DNA of 63,977 nucleotides, filler included, from Sandaracinaceae bacterium (GTDB lineage Bacteria; Myxococcota_A; Polyangia; Polyangiales; JADJQN01), in assembly GCA_947483975.1 (NCBI GenBank). It is 3 parts of 3 records of this genome, joined end to end, with 100 filler letters (N's around TTAATTAATTAA, not from the genome) between each part and the next. Parts side by side here need not be neighbours in the genome. Positions count along the whole stretch, not along the records: positions 47,711 to 63,977 come from CANKOL010000082.1; 2 more parts are not named here. One strand, 5' to 3'. The notes beneath the pieces were generated by a model, which saw only the letters and a program-made list of their open reading frames with translations, did no database searches and was not told the DNA's origin. Made by a program: the position numbers and the translations under genes. Below, in pieces: positions 63,821-63,977 of this stretch (position 1 is the first letter of the stretch; every line of letters starts with the position of its first letter).

Positions 63821-63977
63821 AGGAGAAGTCCATGCACGTCAGTGGCTCGTCGTTTGGTATGGCGCTCTCTGCGCTGCTCGCACTCTCGCTCTCCGTGCTC
63901 GGCTGCGGCGGCGGTACGGACCGGCCGCGCGGCGCAGACGGCGGCGCGCGCTGCCTGCTCGCCGCGGAGTGCGTCGA
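63817..63977 (+). CDS. 5' part (signal peptide) of the lipoprotein continued at 47610->46493
   Basis: MHVSGSSFGMALSALLALSLSVLGC; 115-bp identity with the reverse complement of 47496-47610. Start 63817 or 63832. Confidence 0.85.
   Translation, partial: MKEKSMHVSGSSFGMALSALLALSLSVLGCGGGTDRPRGADGGARCLLAAECV

Overview
This is very GC-rich bacterial DNA, most likely Myxococcota/Polyangia. That is an inference from a MYXO-CTERM tail, many Cys-rich lipoproteins, a Hanks-type kinase and a TPR-PEGA protein. The window is three assembly pieces (1-23936, 24037-47610, 47711-63977) joined by artificial N44-TTAATTAATTAA-N44 linkers. The last 115 bp are the exact reverse complement of the end of piece 2, so pieces 2 and 3 are probably contiguous in inverted orientation. 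The backbone is housekeeping and lipid metabolism: era, der, an lgt-like gene, NAD kinase, a long glmS-like gene, plsC, two acyl-CoA ligases, queE, recQ, ettA, hrpB, pip and tRNA-Ser(UGA). Many secreted lipoproteins are interspersed. Two accessory patches stand out. At 16.9-23.9 kb there is an MTase plus PD-(D/E)XK nuclease, gene remnants, a 5'-truncated group II intron and two DUF1566/Lcl lipoproteins, one apparently circularly permuted. At 57.2-58.5 kb there is a frameshifted beta-barrel pseudogene and a HEPN plus BolA/MNT-like pair. The best candidates for new biology are a tetraheme c-type cytochrome head on a 15-repeat disintegrin-like stalk with a MYXO-CTERM anchor, the circularly permuted DUF1566 protein, and the HEPN/BolA-like putative toxin-antitoxin module. 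All calls come from motif recognition by eye; no searches were run.
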